Numbered from the stretch's first letter, positions 24,023 to 34,793 are shown. The stretch is 64,000 bases of DNA from Schizosaccharomyces osmophilus (GCF_027921745.1 NC_079238.1:2914001-2978000), one strand, 5' to 3'. Numbers and translations: made by a program. The notes: generated by a model from the letters alone, not told the origin.

Positions 24023-26035
24023 TTATGACCGGCACCCTGCGTCTTCGCCATCATAGTGAACGTCTGAATCGTTTTGAGACGGTTGAAGAAATCGCTCGGC
24101 TATAAAACTCATACATAACTGCATCTTCAATGTCTTGTTTTTCTCTTCCTCCATTAATTGAAGGTCGTCAATCTCCATAACTTCATTTGCCATCTTTTCT
24201 GTTTCATTATGTGATTCTTTTCTGCTGGAAGAATGTTCCTTTTGCTGTAAAAAAAAATTATAATCATCATCGTCATCACTAAATGGTTCATAAAATAAAT
24301 CTTCGAGTTTCATGATTTTTTCATCTCCTTCATCCCCTTCATCTTCGTCGTCTGAAGTATCGCAATCTGATTCGAGAGGTCGAATGTTTTCGCCGCCATT
24401 GGGATATGTGATCGCTTCTTTAGTGGTATATACTCCGGTTGCGCGTGGCAGTTGTGCATTCTGATTTCGCTCTTCCGGGTTTAGTTCGCTTAAAGTGTTA
24501 TCTTCTTCCTTTTGTACTGCATCGTCGAGTCCCCAATTTTCTCTCATATGCTCAAGGCATTCAAAAATCAATCTGTTTGAATTTGGAAACATGTCTTTGC
24601 CATCGCTCTTTTCTTCTTCGAGGTCGAAGCTATATTTCGGTTCTAATGATAACATATCTCTTTGTTTGTACTTTCTTTTGGTTTTGTTTGCCTTGTGTTC
24701 TTTTTCTTCGTAAATTGGTATTATTGGCAACAAACGCGGATCGTCCTCCCATTTGGTGTATCCACTATAAGTATCATTTTCTTCTGTTTGGTCCAAGATG
24801 GAACCTTTTTCTAATGTTTCGCTGTCTGCTTTTTGTTCATAAATTGGGAGGATTGGGAATAAGTTTGGGTTAACGTCTTCTTCAACGTGAGTTTCATGAT
24901 TGTCATAGTCTCCTCTAAGTTCATTTTCAATATTAAAAGTGCATTTCTCGGTATCAGTGCTGTTTTTAAGGCTACTTGTTTCAGCTGAGTCTAGGTCGCT
25001 TTCTTTTGTTGAGTTTTCAGGAAAGACTTGAGATGACAAGGGATTTCTCTTCGATCCTTCGACTTCTAAAAGTGTTTCTGGATTTAAGTCTTGATTTTGA
25101 TTTTTGAAGACGTCCTCCTCGTTCTTTTCATCATTATTTAATTCCGTTTCATCGTTGCATTCTATAATTATTCTTGGTTCATCTTCAAAAATTGACTTCC
25201 AGTAGTCTGTATCTGCATAAGTATCATTTGGTTCGCTTTCATTAATTGTTTCGTCACAGACTTCTTCTAAGGTTTCTTTTTGAGCAATTTTGAGTTTACC
25301 AGTTGAGGTTTCGTACTCGAGAAGTCCAGGAAAGAAATCTGTTTTTATACCACTTAGACAGTATAACTTGAATATTTGATTGCAGCAAAATAGTTGGGTG
25401 TCTGTACTCAACGCATCATGGAAGTACTCACGTACGATTTGTTGCATCTTGGTACTCCTTCCATTCACATTAAAAGATATTTTTTCACCATCTGCCTCGA
25501 TGTATTGGCCATTGACGAGTGGAGTCAAATGCTCGAGTTCTCCATAATGCCAAATCAATTGCACTTTTCCGTCAAGACAGTAGACATAACCGGTAACTGA
25601 GGGGAAATTCTGAAAACAACTTTGATATTCATAAGATTTTAAATTATACACTGAGCTTTCTTTTGATTGAGACCAAGCTTGGAGCGTTTCTTGATAGTCT
25701 AAAACCCAAGAGGCATAAATAATTATTTTTTGAAGAGCAAGAATAGTTGTCTTTACCGAGAAGCTAGCGACCTTGTAGAGCAGTTGGAATGGAAAAAGAA
25801 CAGTGATTATTATTGTTTTCAAGAAGGTAGACAGAGCCAAGTATGTAAGAATCGTTATAGTAGAAAAGGTTTTGGCAATCCAAATTAGAGCATTCTGAGA
25901 AAAGTTAATAACACTTCCAAGGTTTTGAAAGAAGCAAAGGATGGCCAAGATACAAGATGAAATGGTTAGTGGTTTCAACAAGATATTGCCTATATCAAGG
26001 TAAAATTGAATTAGTGAAAAATTGATGTAAATCAT
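24023..26035 (-). CDS. meu18: Schizosaccharomyces-specific meiotically expressed protein Meu18 (hydrophobic N-terminus, acidic C-terminus)
   Basis: 670-aa ORF between stn1/tRNA and ade7, with Mei4 FLEX sites upstream. The name comes from synteny, not from a recognised domain. Confidence 0.65.
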   Translation of the reverse strand: MIYINFSLIQFYLDIGNILLKPLTISSCILAILCFFQNLGSVINFSQNALIWIAKTFSTITILTYLALSTFLKTIIITVLFPFQLLYKVASFSVKTTILALQKIIIYASWVLDYQETLQAWSQSKESSVYNLKSYEYQSCFQNFPSVTGYVYCLDGKVQLIWHYGELEHLTPLVNGQYIEADGEKISFNVNGRSTKMQQIVREYFHDALSTDTQLFCCNQIFKLYCLSGIKTDFFPGLLEYETSTGKLKIAQKETLEEVCDETINESEPNDTYADTDYWKSIFEDEPRIIIECNDETELNNDEKNEEDVFKNQNQDLNPETLLEVEGSKRNPLSSQVFPENSTKESDLDSAETSSLKNSTDTEKCTFNIENELRGDYDNHETHVEEDVNPNLFPILPIYEQKADSETLEKGSILDQTEENDTYSGYTKWEDDPRLLPIIPIYEEKEHKANKTKRKYKQRDMLSLEPKYSFDLEEEKSDGKDMFPNSNRLIFECLEHMRENWGLDDAVQKEEDNTLSELNPEERNQNAQLPRATGVYTTKEAITYPNGGENIRPLESDCDTSDDEDEGDEGDEKIMKLEDLFYEPFSDDDDDYNFFLQQKEHSSSRKESHNETEKMANEVMEIDDLQLMEEEKNKTLKMQLCMSFIAERFLQPSQNDSDVHYDGEDAGCRS

Positions 26036-26105
26036 TTTCGTTTCTTGGTGAGATTAAGAGGAAGAAATAATTTCGAATGACCCATTTATATTTTTTTTCT
26101 TTAAT

Positions 26106-26195
26106 ATAAACAAACATTGAAACAAAGTTCGTGAAAACAATCACCATCTAGACAACAGTGAGAATTTTGCGTGTAGTAAACAAACAAACAAACAA
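26106..26195. promoter_or_regulatory. Forkhead (Mei4) FLEX elements upstream of meu18
   Basis: GTAAACAAACA followed by (AACA)n at 26176-26195, and ATAAACAAACA at 26106-26116. Confidence 0.8.
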
Positions 26196-26420
26196 GTAAG
26201 CAATCCAAAAATAATTTTTTTAAAGAAAAGCGAAACGAAAATTATACAAAAATTAGTGATCAATCGTTAGTTGATTGAAATCCAGAGACGGGATATAAAA
26301 GTTTTCAATGATTGATGCCTCATCATTGGCATTCCGTAAAGCAGCTAAGGGTTTAAGATGAATGATTATATAGCTTTAATTCATTTTTGGTAGTAAAATT
26401 ATGGAACGGAATGCTATAAG

Positions 26421-27320
26421 CTAATAGGACCAATTCTTTCCGGTAATCATTTCATAGGCATCCATATACTTTTTACCAGTAGCTTGAATGATATGCTCAG
26501 GAAGGGACACTCCAGGTTTACCATTGAGTTTATTAGAGGTAAGCCAATTTCTTAAAAACTGCTTATCAAAGCTGTCCGGAGATGATCCTATCTTGTAGTC
26601 AGCAGCGAGCCAAAATCGAGAAGAGTCTGGAGTCAGCACTTCATCCACAAGAACAACCTTGTTTGTTGCCTCATCGACACCAAATTCAAATTTAGTATCA
26701 GCAATAATAATTCCCTTTTGTAATGCAACGTTTCTGGCAACTTTGTAAAGCTCAACTGCAGTTTGAGCAACTTGTTTAGCCAAGTCCTCGCCAATAATGT
26801 TACCCATAATATCAGGATGAATGTTCTCATCGTGCCCCTCAGCAGCTTTTGTACTTGGGGTGAAAAGAGGTTCAGGAAAAGCCTCGCCTTCTTGCATATT
26901 AGCTGGGACTTGTATTCCATGAACGGTACCATGAGTCTGATATTCCTTCCACGCACTTCCGGTTAAGTAGCCACGAACAATGGCTTCAATGGGAAGAATT
27001 TTAAATTTTTTAACAAGCATGCACCGATCCTTTAATTCTGGATGCTGTTGAATGACCTGAGGCATTTCGTTCCATTCCGATGTAACAATATGGGTTTGGA
27101 CTTTCTCTTTCAAGAGCGAAAACCAAAACTCTGAGATTTTTGTAAGGATTTTACCCTTTTCTGGTATTCCATTATTCATAATCACATCGTATGCGCTGAT
27201 CCGGTCTGTTGCAACAAATAGCAGACAAGAAGGAAATTCCTCACAGTCGTAAAGGTCCCTTACCTTTCCGGAAGCTACCTTTTTGAAGGGCTCCGGCAAA
27301 GATGTTTCTAAAACGGTCAT
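26421..27320 (-). CDS. ade7: SAICAR synthetase
   Basis: SGKVRDLY, TDRISAYD, VRGYLTGSAW, IADTKFEFG, DEVLTPDSSRFW. Confidence 0.97.
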   Translation of the reverse strand: MTVLETSLPEPFKKVASGKVRDLYDCEEFPSCLLFVATDRISAYDVIMNNGIPEKGKILTKISEFWFSLLKEKVQTHIVTSEWNEMPQVIQQHPELKDRCMLVKKFKILPIEAIVRGYLTGSAWKEYQTHGTVHGIQVPANMQEGEAFPEPLFTPSTKAAEGHDENIHPDIMGNIIGEDLAKQVAQTAVELYKVARNVALQKGIIIADTKFEFGVDEATNKVVLVDEVLTPDSSRFWLAADYKIGSSPDSFDKQFLRNWLTSNKLNGKPGVSLPEHIIQATGKKYMDAYEMITGKNWSY

Positions 27321-27669
27321 ATTTGTAATTATTTCAAGATTTACTTGTTCTCTCCTTAGACCTTAGCAAGTGAAGCAAAAGGATGTGAATACCAACAAAC
27401 TATAAGGTGAATGATATTATGTCCAAAAAAAGAAACAGTACAACTAAAGAATTGATATTCCTTGGCTGCACATAAAAGTTAAAGGATTGAGTGTAAAAGA
27501 CAGAGATTGATGAACCAGATATAAGATATTGAAACGTAAAGGACATTTAACGCCGAATGACTACGTCCATGTTATTCTTTCAGTATAGAGTATAGAATAA
27601 ATGCATCAACTATAGCAATAGATATACTTTGTTTGTTTTTTGAAGTAAAAAGTTATTGATGGGAAAATA

Positions 27670-28000
27670 AACTTGAGGATTAATACTTCTGAAAAGTTTC
27701 GATTTTATTTCGAGACGATAGTAGCTCGAAAAAGACTTTTACCATTCCTATGCAAACCATTTTCTAAACTTCTCATACAAATATCGTGCAGCATTGTTGA
27801 TAGCTGCCAAGTTTGAAGAAGCAAAGCTTTTCAGCCAGGACTTGTCAGAATGTTCATCCTTCCTTTTGAAGGCTAGTAGACTTAGTATGAACATATTTCG
27901 CAAATAAAAAAGAACCTATTATCGATAAATCCTTATGAAAAATTCATTATGGACTATGAAGTTTCAATCTAGGTAGCATATCATATAAAAGGAGGTAATA
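27670..28000 (+). pseudogene. Possible decayed B-type cyclin fragment (cyclin box)
   Basis: Ordered motifs across frameshifts and stops: EKFRFYFETI, AALLIAAKFEE, LLKASR, DYEV/QSR. Confidence 0.45.
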
Positions 28001-28624
28001 TAGGTATCGATAACCTTGATTTACCAATATAAATCAATGATGTCGCTTAAGTAAATAATCCTAAGACGTATATTACGAAACATCGCTACCTGCCACTCGT
28101 AAATAAGCAAACGATGGTAAAATAAAAAAAAAAGGCAAAAAAATTCAGAGAATAATACAACAGTTTTAAACTATTTCACAATGCCATTGTAGTTATTGGT
28201 GAACAATGAATTTCTCCCTTGACGAGTAAAAACATTCATACGCCCGAATAAGTTTGTTGTAACGTTATTTATCTTTTTTTGTACTGAGCTTTGAATTTGT
28301 TCCTTTGTAAATCATTGTTAGTATAAGTTCCAAATGCGTATGCGTACTAAAAGAGAAAAAAAAGCTATCAAAGATGATAGTCTAGACGACGTCTATAACA
28401 AACCGCGTTCTTTGGATGAAATGACACCAAATGAAGATGTCATCCTATGTGTTTTCCATTATAAAAGACCTCTACATATTCAACAGTGAAATTATTCATT
28501 TCTTATGATTCCTATTTTGAATAAAGAATTGCTTCTTTGTTTACCATGGGACTACCTTGCTGTACGGTATTCGAATTGTAAACAACAGACATTGCAAATT
28601 GGCACTGATAGAAACAAACGCACA

Positions 28625-29614
28625 ATGAAACGAAAGCAAGAAGTACAGGAAGGGTTCACTTTTGTCAGAAAAGGAAAAGAAACGACAGAGGTGAAACATG
28701 CCAAGGCCAACACTTCTCAGAGGGAAGAATCACCCACGTCTGAAAAAATGATTCCATTGCCTGTATCAGATACCCCAATAATCAAGAAAACCCAAAAACT
28801 GAGAAAATCCAAGGGAAGGAGAAGCAGCCTTGGCCAACGAGGAAAACGTGCTAGTAGCATTGGAACAGGATTTGAAGCTCTTCCTCATGCGGACGTTCCT
28901 ACTAATGAATATTATCGTCACATTTCAAAAGATTTGTCGGAGCCCCTTCGAATGAAACAGCTGCTTCTGTGGGCTTCGTATAAGCATTTGAATGAACAGC
29001 GGGAAAAGTACAAGGAAACCAAAGAATCCAGCGAGGCCGCAATTGCAAGGTCTATCATTCAAGAGGTCCTTAATGAATTACTGTCCAACCAATTCTCTAT
29101 TAGTTGGTACCAAAGATCTCCCAACGAAATTATTCCAAATAAGCCTCATCCTCAGAATTTGAAAAATATACAGCTTTTGGACGAATTGACAGCTCAACTG
29201 GCTAAGCTACAAGACGAAGAAGCCACTTGGAGGGCTGTTGCTGCAGGCTCAGTGGAAAACGAAAAAACGCTTCACTCCTGTCGACGTTTGTCCGACCGAA
29301 TCAGTTCGTCTACTGATTCAACTAGTAACGAACCGAAAACATCCAACCAGACACAAGAAAATCAAGATTATGTTAAAGATTTAAGAAAGAATCTCGCTCC
29401 TTTGCTTGACTCCCTATCTCAGCATATACACGCTATTCATTCTTTAACTCGCATCGGCCCTAGTGTTCGATCGGCATTTGGCGAACGAGCCGCTCACAAT
29501 TATTTTCTTCACAAACAAAAATTTTCCAAAGCAGCAAATCATTCTGATACGATGAATCTTTTACGGGTGTTGTCGAAAAGCGCATACCAAAGCCAACGTA
29601 ACAACGAGCCATAG
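28625..29614 (+). CDS. mis13: Kinetochore MIND/Mis12 complex subunit Mis13 (Dsn1)
   Basis: GFTFVRK, DTPII, RRSSLGQRGKRASSIG, PHADV..EYYRHI..DLSEPLRMKQLLLW, PHPQN; likely start MKRK at 28625. Confidence 0.92.
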   Translation: MKRKQEVQEGFTFVRKGKETTEVKHAKANTSQREESPTSEKMIPLPVSDTPIIKKTQKLRKSKGRRSSLGQRGKRASSIGTGFEALPHADVPTNEYYRHISKDLSEPLRMKQLLLWASYKHLNEQREKYKETKESSEAAIARSIIQEVLNELLSNQFSISWYQRSPNEIIPNKPHPQNLKNIQLLDELTAQLAKLQDEEATWRAVAAGSVENEKTLHSCRRLSDRISSSTDSTSNEPKTSNQTQENQDYVKDLRKNLAPLLDSLSQHIHAIHSLTRIGPSVRSAFGERAAHNYFLHKQKFSKAANHSDTMNLLRVLSKSAYQSQRNNEP

Positions 29615-30383
29615 TTCTTTTATGCCCGTACACCCATATAATATAGAAGAACTACTTTTTATTTTTGGTCTTATAACCTCTGCCATACGTTGCTTCAACT
29701 GTTTACGATCCTTGTTATAGAATTTTTATGCCCAATTTGGCTAATGTCTTGTATTGATGCTTTTTATTTAAAATTCACGTTTTCTGTTTTCTGTTTCCGA
29801 TATTTTTTGGACGACTATACTTTTAATTAATGTACGTGTAATAGGATTGAACGGTCAATCTCTATGCTATATTCTCCAACTTTGCTTACCGACAAAAAGT
29901 GAACAAAAGAAAAAACAGTAAATTTTATCATTAACTTCTAGAATGAATTAGAATGAAAACAACTTTATAAATATTTTAAAATCAAGGAGGTGAATTGACT
30001 TCCTGTCTAAAATGCTCAAAAATCCATTTCCGATAATTTTGATCAAACCCGAATTATTTTCACAGAACGATCAGCTAAAAAACATCAATCCCATAACCTA
30101 TGTGTTTTCATTACATAAATTATAAAACATAAGGACAGAAGAGAAGCAAGTAAACACCGACAATTATATAAACAGGTTGGAGTTTATAACAAGCAAAGAG
30201 AGGGAGATTTCATGATATTAAGATTTTGAACATTAATGAAAATCCCAGCATATATACATATACATATACATATATATATATCTAAGTAATTTTGTTCCTG
30301 TTGTAAAAGAACAAAATCGACGACGTTTGTTTTAACGCCTATGTAATGAACGATCACCCGAATGAAGTGACAAGAAAAAAAAG

Positions 30384-32054
30384 CTATGCAATGGCAGCTT
30401 TTGATTTTGCACGAATTTGGGCACCGTAAAAGTAAAAAATAAAGGGTATAGGAATTGCAGCAACGGCAACCATACCTAGGAGAAAGAAAGCCCATTGCCG
30501 AGTCATACCGTCCATCATAAAGTCGATAAATAGAGGGAAGGCAGCACCGCCTCCCGAACGTACCATTGTCTTGGCAGCTAGAGCAGATGCGCAATAATTT
30601 TGATAAACATCGATCAGATAATTATTGGCACTGAAATAAAACAGCACCATACCGTAACCGAATGGAACACCACTGAAGGCAGGACCGATCCAAATTAATC
30701 TGGGGAAGCTTGTCCATCCAAAAATCAATAAACCAGTAGGAATGAAAGGAGCAGCAATCATCATACCAATTAAACGCCATTCAGGAACTGACTTACCACC
30801 GTTTGCATCTAAGCGGTTCATGTATTGTCTTTCCAAAAAGGGAGTAGTAGCTAAAGCGAAGAAGACACCAACCAAGACGGGAATAAACATGAGACCAGTA
30901 ATACCTTCGTTGTAACCTTTTCCTTTCACAAACACGTTGGGATAGGCAAAGAAATAACCATAAAGCAAAGCATAAATAAGGGCGATGTAACAGGAAATAC
31001 TCAACAAAATGGGTTCTGTCATCAACAAAGTGATAGGACGGAGTAAATTGACTTGAGCAATTTCCCTAAAAGACAACATTTGCTTTTCTTGGGCAGTGTA
31101 AACCTGTCGACCAGTCTCCTTTCGAATTTTTTGGGCGCGCCAACGTAAAAGGACAGGAGCGTAGGTTTCGGGAATGGGAAGCATAGTGATATACATGACA
31201 AACATGTAAATCATATTGACCCAAAAGATCCAACGGAAGTCATCGGTACCGACACCAATCCAACCACCGACCAAAGGACCAAGGGTGGGACCGGCGTAAG
31301 GACCGGCGGCAAAGAAGGCAATGGCAAGACCACGTTCACGATTTTCCCAAACATCGGACAAAACACCACCGGCAAGAGTAAGAGGCGAGCAACCAAAGCA
31401 ACCGGCAAAGAAACGGCAGATTAGAAGGCAAGCGATATTATTAGCCAAAGCGCAAGGAATTTGAAGGACGATGTAAATGGCTAAAGTGATGAGGTAAACG
31501 ATACGGCGACCATACATTTCACTGAGAGGACTGATGATTAAAGGACCGATACCGAAACCGGCGACCATGAGAGAACAAGAAAGGGCAGCGACTTCAGGAC
31601 CGACATTTAGATCACGACTAACGTGTTCCAAATCACCGGCAATGACGGAAGAACCAAAAGCACTGCAAATGACAAGCAAGGAATTAATAGCAGTGATATA
31701 CCATCTCCAGGACCGGGACCAATTGTGAGGGTTACCAGGGTCATTCATTTCCCAAGTGACGAGTTCTTCGCCTTCCTTGTTGATGGTGGGATCGCGATAG
31801 AGACCGCCCTCGGTTTCCAAGTTGTACTCTGCGACATCAGGAAGACCACGGGTGGTGGTGAAGGGGTAGTTAAGATCGACACCGTTGGGAAAAAGAGTCT
31901 CGGATTGACGGGAGGTAGTACGGTTTAAAGGATTTCCGTAGATATCCAACATACGGGACTGAGTCAGATGAATGGGATTTTCAGCGGCCTCGGCCTCGAG
32001 CGCATCTAAATCCACTGCATTCGAACCATTGGTGGTTCGGGGTTCTAAGGTCAT
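30384..32054 (-). CDS. MFS DHA1-family spermine/polyamine-type transporter (SPBC409.08/Tpo-like)
   Basis: DPGNPHNW, GFGIGPL..SPLSEMYGRR, RFFAG, GPTLGPLVGG, PETYAP, PEWRL; about 12 TMs. Confidence 0.92.
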   Translation of the reverse strand: MTLEPRTTNGSNAVDLDALEAEAAENPIHLTQSRMLDIYGNPLNRTTSRQSETLFPNGVDLNYPFTTTRGLPDVAEYNLETEGGLYRDPTINKEGEELVTWEMNDPGNPHNWSRSWRWYITAINSLLVICSAFGSSVIAGDLEHVSRDLNVGPEVAALSCSLMVAGFGIGPLIISPLSEMYGRRIVYLITLAIYIVLQIPCALANNIACLLICRFFAGCFGCSPLTLAGGVLSDVWENRERGLAIAFFAAGPYAGPTLGPLVGGWIGVGTDDFRWIFWVNMIYMFVMYITMLPIPETYAPVLLRWRAQKIRKETGRQVYTAQEKQMLSFREIAQVNLLRPITLLMTEPILLSISCYIALIYALLYGYFFAYPNVFVKGKGYNEGITGLMFIPVLVGVFFALATTPFLERQYMNRLDANGGKSVPEWRLIGMMIAAPFIPTGLLIFGWTSFPRLIWIGPAFSGVPFGYGMVLFYFSANNYLIDVYQNYCASALAAKTMVRSGGGAAFPLFIDFMMDGMTRQWAFFLLGMVAVAAIPIPFIFYFYGAQIRAKSKAAIA

Positions 32055-33641
32055 TGTAACGAGAAGAGCAGTTGAGCGAAGACAGAACAGAAGATCAAAG
32101 AATCGAGAGAAATAAAAAAGACAAAGGGCAAGCGCAACTAGTATAGGAATCGAAGAGAGAGTAAATCAACAAATCTCCTTTCTATAATATAATAGTTTGT
32201 TTTATTATTCTTTAGTGTGTTTGAAACAAGCACACGAGGTTTTCAAAGAAGATGAAGATGAACAAGTTTCAAAACTTTTTATTAATCAGTCCACTTGATT
32301 ATCATTCAGACTGTGTAGTACACAACAAGAAATGGTATAAAAGAAGCCTTCTAGGACCAAAGAGAAGTTTTTGTTTTTTGTGGTTTCTTTTTCTATTATC
32401 TAAAGTCGGAAATCCAAAATCCAAACGTTAAAACAGCACAGACTCTACTCTTGGTATAGACAGGATAGACAAAGACACTTGAAAGACCAAAATATCCCAA
32501 AATATATATGTTGAAAGTTCAGACCAAACTAAGTATAGTCTTACAACATGCGCATGTACACATATATATATATATTGGCGCCCATACATCATCCTTGATC
32601 AATTTCCAAGAACCGAAGCCAAAATAAAATTGCCGAAAATCGGTTGATTCACCCATACTCGGCATTCCTTATGGAGCGACTTTAGAGAGAAGTAGCGTAT
32701 AGCAACAAACGATCCTCAAATGATGGAACCGAACAGGCACAAGGAAAACAAAACAACACGTAGTGGGTAGGGTATGGTACATAGAGATGTTTAGGAAGAA
32801 GGCACATGTTTGGAAGATGTAGCAAAAATAAATAAGAAAAAGAAAAAGAATTTCGCGTTGTTAAGAGCCTTCAACTAGAAAGCATTCCATGCTTCCTGGT
32901 TCCTGCCCCAGTGTCCTGGGATGAGCCCTTTTTTTTTTTTTCTTCTTTTTCCAAGGGCAGTTTACTATCCAAAATGTAACAAGGAAGCGCCTTTGTTTTG
33001 TTTATAGGAGCCGGCATTGGGAATCGGCAATGTTTGAATTACCGATCCTCGGCAGAAAGCAAAATTGATGGATGATGGGGATGGAGCTCCGTAGGAAAAA
33101 AGCAAATATAAAATAAAGTTGCCGAAAGGGGCAGCTGTAGGAAGAAGCGAATTCAAGAGAACGGTAGAGAAGAGAGAGTGAGAAGAGAGAGGAACGATAG
33201 AATGAAATTGAGGATGGATTGAGAATTTGTTTGACGGCTGTTTATGAGTGGTTGTTTTTATTGTTGTTTCCTCTGTTTGTGTTTATTAATTATTGCTTAT
33301 TATCGCGCTAGTTTTTGTGCCAGTTGTTGCGCGATTTGTTGCACGATTTGTTATGCTTCCAGAGCCTCATCGGGAATTAGAAATGCGCTACGGTTCAAAG
33401 GTTACGCATTCATGAGAGATGAGATGGACGATTGCTTTGTTTTTCTTGGCGGTATACGACGATTGATGAAGTTTTCTTTTTTTCCATTCTTTTTTCTTAG
33501 AGTAGCAAGTAGAGTAGAGTAGAGTAGTTGAAAGTTGAAAGTTGAAAGCGATGATTCCACTATCTATTTGATTGGGTTTCTCTCAATTTCTTTTCCTCGT
33601 TGTTCTATTTGTTCTCTTTCATTCTTTCCCTGTACTGCTAC

Positions 33642-33684
33642 CACTACTCCTACTACTCCTACTACTCCTACTATTCCTACTTCC
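33642..33684. repeat. Imperfect 9-bp tandem repeat (CTACTACTC)n, about 5 copies; (AGAGT)n and (GTTGAAA)3 nearby at 33512-33547
   Basis: Seen directly. Confidence 0.85.
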
Positions 33685-34793
33685 CTTGCAACTTGGTTTG
33701 TTTGTTTTCTTTTCTTTCTTTCCTTCTTGTATACCGTACCACCTTGGGAATTGAAAACCATCTCACTGCGTACTACGCCACACTACAGTAGCGTCCTTTA
33801 AGCACCGCCAAAGAAACCCAACACACTCTTTTCTTTTCCTTTTCCATTCTCCACCGAAAACACATATCCATCCTGCACTGCACTTCTGTAAACAAACCAA
33901 AGCCATCCCTCCTTCCCTTTCTTTAAGCTTCCACTTCGCTCCTCCATTCACAGCCGAACCAGAACCGTCTTCCCTTCGCAAAAACCTCAACGAATTTCTT
34001 TGAAAAACTTTTACGTTCCATTCGAGATAGCTTGGCATTTGCTAAGCTTGTTTCAACTCCATAAATTATTCCCTTGGATTTATTCACCTCTTCCTGAGCC
34101 TTTATCCGATATCCGTTTGGTTCGTATTCCCTGGTGGTCTTGTGAAGTAATCTTCTTGACTTCTCTTACCAGTTTCTAGTTTCTCCCCCTTTTTTTTTTT
34201 TTTTAAAAAAAAATTCCAAAGCGATTTTTTTGTTGGATCTTTGGTCAACCTCTTCATCACTGCTCTTTTTCTTCAAGTGACTGACTGATATCTTCTTTTT
34301 TTCAACTTTGCTTCTTCTTCTTCTTCTTCTTCTTCTTATCCTGCTTCCATACCACCTTTTGAAAAAAAGGTAAATCGGTGTTGAGAAAGTCGTTTACACG
34401 TTAAAAGTAAGAAATTGCTTTTTTTAGCGTTTAATTACCGTTTGCAAGTTTTTGGTCGTGTCTCCACCCCCGTTCGGTCCATCCTTTTTCTTTGTTTGTT
34501 TTCTGGTGTGCATTGTAAAAATAGCACTCCCATTCACGGTGTTTTTTTTCTCTAAAGCTTTTGTTCCCGTAGGTTCTTTTGCGCTTTGATTTCAGTGTCT
34601 CTTCGCTACCTTTTTTTTTTCTATTTTTTCTTCAAAAGTGTCACGACGTCTGTTGTTTGTGATTCTTTTATGATCTATTCCTTTCTCAATCTTAATTTTA
34701 TTCTGTTTATACCCTTATTTTTGGTCCATCGTTACTATATTTAACTTTTTTTTTCTAGCTTCTTTCTTCTTAATTTTTTTTTATATTTGGTCA

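Noticed and set aside
33244..34038. Several 60-90-aa ORFs upstream of wis1
   Set aside because: Low-complexity products of microsatellites and pyrimidine tracts, with no protein-like features.
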